DNA from: an uncultured Acidobacteriota bacterium
Lineage (GTDB): Bacteria > Acidobacteriota > Thermoanaerobaculia > UBA5066 > Gp7-AA6
Direction: 5' to 3'
Assembly: GCA_963811425.1 (NCBI GenBank)
Contig: CAWERV010000011.1
Coordinates: forward strand, 41,219-105,218
DNA length: 64,000 nucleotides
Part shown: positions 61,644 through 64,000 of the stretch, one piece after another
Layout of the letters: each line of letters opens with the position of its first letter
How positions within the stretch are numbered: the first letter of the stretch is position 1
The notes under the pieces: model-generated
What the model saw: the letters and a program-made list of their open reading frames with translations, nothing else
What the model was told of the DNA's origin: nothing
Database searches by the model: none
Translations under genes and position numbers: made by a program

Positions 61644-63488
61644 CTACTCCGCGGCGCCGCGTAGCCTCTCGTCGGCAACACAGCCGCCCGTTTCGAGCGC
61701 AGCGAGGCGCTTCTGCAGATCCTCGATCACGCGCTGCTGCTTCTGGAGCTCGTTGAGAAGCATCGCCGGCATCTCGTGGTACTGAACCGACTCGACCTCG
61801 CCGGCGGCATTGCGCACGACGAGCTCCGGAAGCACGTCCTCGACCTCCTCGGCCACCAGGCCGAACTGCGCGGCGTCCGTCGCCTGTCCCTTGTACCGAA
61901 ACGTGACCGGCCGCAGTTTCAGGAGCCTGGTGCTCGCGTCGGCCATGTCCCGGATGTCTTCCTTGTACCGCGCGGAGGAGGACACCGTTCCGAGTTGCCC
62001 GTCCGGATAGATCTGGACGGCGACGCCGATACCGGTGACTCCGAGAACTCCGGAGACGAAGAGCCGCTGATGCGTCCCGAACGTGCCGATCCGGACCGTT
62101 CCCGATTCGGTCGCCGTGCCGGCGTTTCCAATGTAGATGTTGTTGTCGCCCGACGTGAGAGAGGCGCCCGCGCCGGAGCCGAGTGCGATGTTGTAGACGC
62201 CGGTCGAGCTGCCCAGCAGCGTCTGGGACCCGACCGCGGTGTTGAGGTAACCGTTCGTGTTCACCTGGAGCGCGTCGGTCCCGATCGCGGTGTTGTACCA
62301 ACCTCCGGTGTTGAACTCGAGCGCCTCGAAGCCGTTCGCCGTGTTGTTGTACCCATCGAGGTTCGAATACAAGGCGTAGCCACCGGTGGCGGTGTTGAAG
62401 TCGGCCTTGTTGGCCTGAAGCGCATTGGAGCCGCTGGCGGTGTTGTAGCTTCCGACCGCGTTGTTGGTGAGGGCGCCGAATCCGATCGCCGTATTCTCGG
62501 TGCCCACGGTGTTGTCGTAGAGCGCGCCGTTGCCGGTGGCCGTGTTAGCCAGGCCTGTCGAATTGGCGTGGAGAGCTCTGTCTCCGGTGGCCGTGTTGGA
62601 GCTGCCTGTCGTGTTCGCGGAGAGCGCCTGGTATCCGCTCGCCGTGTTGAACTGGCCGGAAATATTGCTCATCAGGGCCTGGCCGCCGATCGCCGTGTTC
62701 TCGTTGCCGCCGGCGTTCTGGTACAGGGCGAACGCGCCGCTCGCCGTGTTGCCCGAGCCGTCGGTGTTGAAACTGAGCGCGCCGGCGCCCATCGCCGTGT
62801 TGAAGGTGCCCGACGTGTTTTGGCTGAGAGCTCCATTACCGAAGCCGCTGTTGTCGCCGCCCGACATCGTGAAGTTGCCGGCGGCGAGTCCGAGGAACGT
62901 GTTCTCGTAGCCGGCGCCGGCCGGCGCGTAGTAGCCGTTGGTGTCGATCAGGAGCTCCGTGCCCGAGACCGCCGCCGCCACCGTGATGCCGCCCGAGCCG
63001 AGCGGCACGATCGCGGCGTTCGCCACGGTCACGCCCGCCGTGAAGTTGAGCGTCGAGACGACCGGCTGGGATTCGCCCTGGGGGTAGAGCAGGACGTAGC
63101 CGAGCCCCTGGGGGCTCACGACGGTGACGTTCAGGGAAACCGCGACCGCGTCAGGGGCGATGCCACACTGGCCCGTCAGCGTGAAGCTCCGCGGCACGCC
63201 CGCGACCAGGGCCGGAGGACCATAGCCCGGAGGCTTCCCGGCATCCCGCGTGTCCACGATGCGGCACGGGGTGATGGCGATCAGCGGCACCGGCGATCTC
63301 GCGCTCTTCGTCGAAACTCCCGCCCGCTCGACTCCGGTCTCCGCATCCCGGTCCGGAGATCTCGCCTCAACCCCCGGCGACCAGTAGAGCGGCGCCGCCC
63401 AGTTGGGGACGGGACGCTCCTGTGCCGCGAGAGGGCCGGCGACGACGACGCTCATCAGCACGAATGCCACGACACTACGAGCTCTCAT
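61644..63488 (-). CDS. Secreted fibre-like protein: beta-sandwich domain, NTAxGxxAL head repeats, and a Peptidase_S74-type intramolecular chaperone C-terminus
   Basis: Intact 614-aa ORF. Signal peptide MRARSVVAFVLMSVVVAGPLAAQ. Reads PCRIVDTRD. At least 15 NTA[ST]G..AL repeats. The C-terminus reads SSARYKEDIRDM...LKLRPVTFRYK...FGLVAEEVEDVLPELV. Confidence 0.8.
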   Translation of the reverse strand: MRARSVVAFVLMSVVVAGPLAAQERPVPNWAAPLYWSPGVEARSPDRDAETGVERAGVSTKSARSPVPLIAITPCRIVDTRDAGKPPGYGPPALVAGVPRSFTLTGQCGIAPDAVAVSLNVTVVSPQGLGYVLLYPQGESQPVVSTLNFTAGVTVANAAIVPLGSGGITVAAAVSGTELLIDTNGYYAPAGAGYENTFLGLAAGNFTMSGGDNSGFGNGALSQNTSGTFNTAMGAGALSFNTDGSGNTASGAFALYQNAGGNENTAIGGQALMSNISGQFNTASGYQALSANTTGSSNTATGDRALHANSTGLANTATGNGALYDNTVGTENTAIGFGALTNNAVGSYNTASGSNALQANKADFNTATGGYALYSNLDGYNNTANGFEALEFNTGGWYNTAIGTDALQVNTNGYLNTAVGSQTLLGSSTGVYNIALGSGAGASLTSGDNNIYIGNAGTATESGTVRIGTFGTHQRLFVSGVLGVTGIGVAVQIYPDGQLGTVSSSARYKEDIRDMADASTRLLKLRPVTFRYKGQATDAAQFGLVAEEVEDVLPELVVRNAAGEVESVQYHEMPAMLLNELQKQQRVIEDLQKRLAALETGGCVADERLRGAAE

Positions 63489-64000
63489 GGGACCTCCCTG
63501 ACGATCGGACGTTGCGCCTCCAGCGCCGCCAGACGTGCGCGCAGCGCCGCGATCTCATCCTCTTGAAACTCGATCCGCCTCTGTTGCTTCTGGAGCTCGT
63601 TGACGAGCATCGCCGGCATCTCGTGGTACAGGACCGTCTCGGCCTCGCCGGACCGGCCGTGAACGACGAGATCCGGGAGAACCTCTTCGACCTCCTCAGC
63701 CACGAGCCCGTATTGCTGGCGACCTCCCGCCTGGCCCTTGTATCGAAACGTGACCGGTCGCAGCTTCAGGAGGCCGCTGCTCGCGCCGGCCATGTCGGCA
63801 ATCTCTTCCTTGAAGCGCGCCGACGAGACGACCGTCCCGAGCTGCCCGGCGGAATCGATCATGACCGGAATGGCGTCGGCGACGTCGGTCGTCACGCCCC
63901 GCACCGCGGCGATGAAGGCGCGGTAGTGGCTGTCGCCCCCGATTCGCACCGTGTTGGACTCGTTGGCGGCCCCGCCCGAGGTGCCGAGGTACATGTTGTT
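63485..64000 (-). CDS. 3' part of a paralogous S74-domain fibre-like protein (continues beyond the window)
   Basis: Reads SSARFKEEIADM...LKLRPVTFRYK...YGLVAEEVEEVLPDLV. Its TGA overlaps the ATG of the downstream paralog (ATGA), with GGGAGG just upstream. Confidence 0.75.
   Translation of the reverse strand, partial: NNMYLGTSGGAANESNTVRIGGDSHYRAFIAAVRGVTTDVADAIPVMIDSAGQLGTVVSSARFKEEIADMAGASSGLLKLRPVTFRYKGQAGGRQQYGLVAEEVEEVLPDLVVHGRSGEAETVLYHEMPAMLVNELQKQQRRIEFQEDEIAALRARLAALEAQRPIVREVP

Noticed and set aside
60890-64000. A prophage or integrative element anchored at tRNA-Pro.
   Set aside because: No integrase, att-like repeat, capsid, tail or lysis genes are visible. The fibre-like genes carry Sec signal peptides. 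This stays open only for sequence beyond the window.

Overview
GC-rich bacterial chromosomal segment. Two MYXO-CTERM-like sorting tails and the overall gene content suggest Myxococcota, but this is inference. I saw no rRNA, CRISPR array, transposase or integrase.

Caveat: the sequence carries dozens of single-base +1 insertions. Most conserved genes in the GC-richest parts are therefore split over 2-6 ORF-track fragments. I rebuilt genes across frames by eye, so boundaries are roughly +/-30 nt and several starts and stops are uncertain.

Gene order:
- 1-7.9 kb: nuo cluster in the order (E')-F-J-K-L-M-N.
- 7.9-13.7 kb: Cys-rich lipoprotein, a secreted protein with a 21-bp tandem array, OsmC, a DUF4136 lipoprotein, and a Tat-signal phosphoesterase.
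- 13.7-18.9 kb: vapBC, then REC / REC-HK / TM-GAF-PAS-HK.
- 18.7-21.2 kb: hmgA-hppD.
- 22.2-32.0 kb: ten same-strand genes. They run from a Pro-rich membrane/barrel-like protein through an ECF sigma/anti-sigma pair, then lipoproteins, an M64 peptidase, beta-barrel-like proteins, a metalloprotease and a BNR propeller. The last two carry MYXO-CTERM-like tails.
- 32-37.7 kb: fused membrane/SpeE-like protein, GH2, and a QxxHH-type desaturase.
- 37.7-41.4 kb: small SFPASD-motif protein, a DAC (DisA_N-like) protein coupled to a Kelch lipoprotein, and a lone mlaE.
- 41.4-44.7 kb: ppk2, a porin-like protein, and a patatin.
- 44.9-51.8 kb: PHA/PHB locus (phasin-like, 88-aa ORF, phaB, class III/IV-size phaC, patatin, FabH-like KAS III, 3-hydroxybutyrate dehydrogenase, phaZ).
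- 52-56.3 kb: pectate lyase, triple lamin-tail-domain lipoprotein, and a phosphodiester glycosidase-like protein.
- 56.4-60 kb: a breakpoint between two truncated genes, then a Ser/Thr kinase-PD40 protein.
- 60-64 kb: esterase, secreted protein, tRNA-Pro(UGG), and two coupled fibre-like proteins with Peptidase_S74-type C-termini.

Best candidates for something undescribed:
- the unassigned-class DAC protein plus Kelch pair;
- the ECF-headed ten-gene surface-hydrolase array;
- the PHA locus, which lacks canonical phaE and phaA but has small ORFs, a KAS III and a patatin;
- the tandem secreted S74-domain fibres;
- the NuoL-PKD fusion.

All family calls come from motif recognition by eye. No searches were run.
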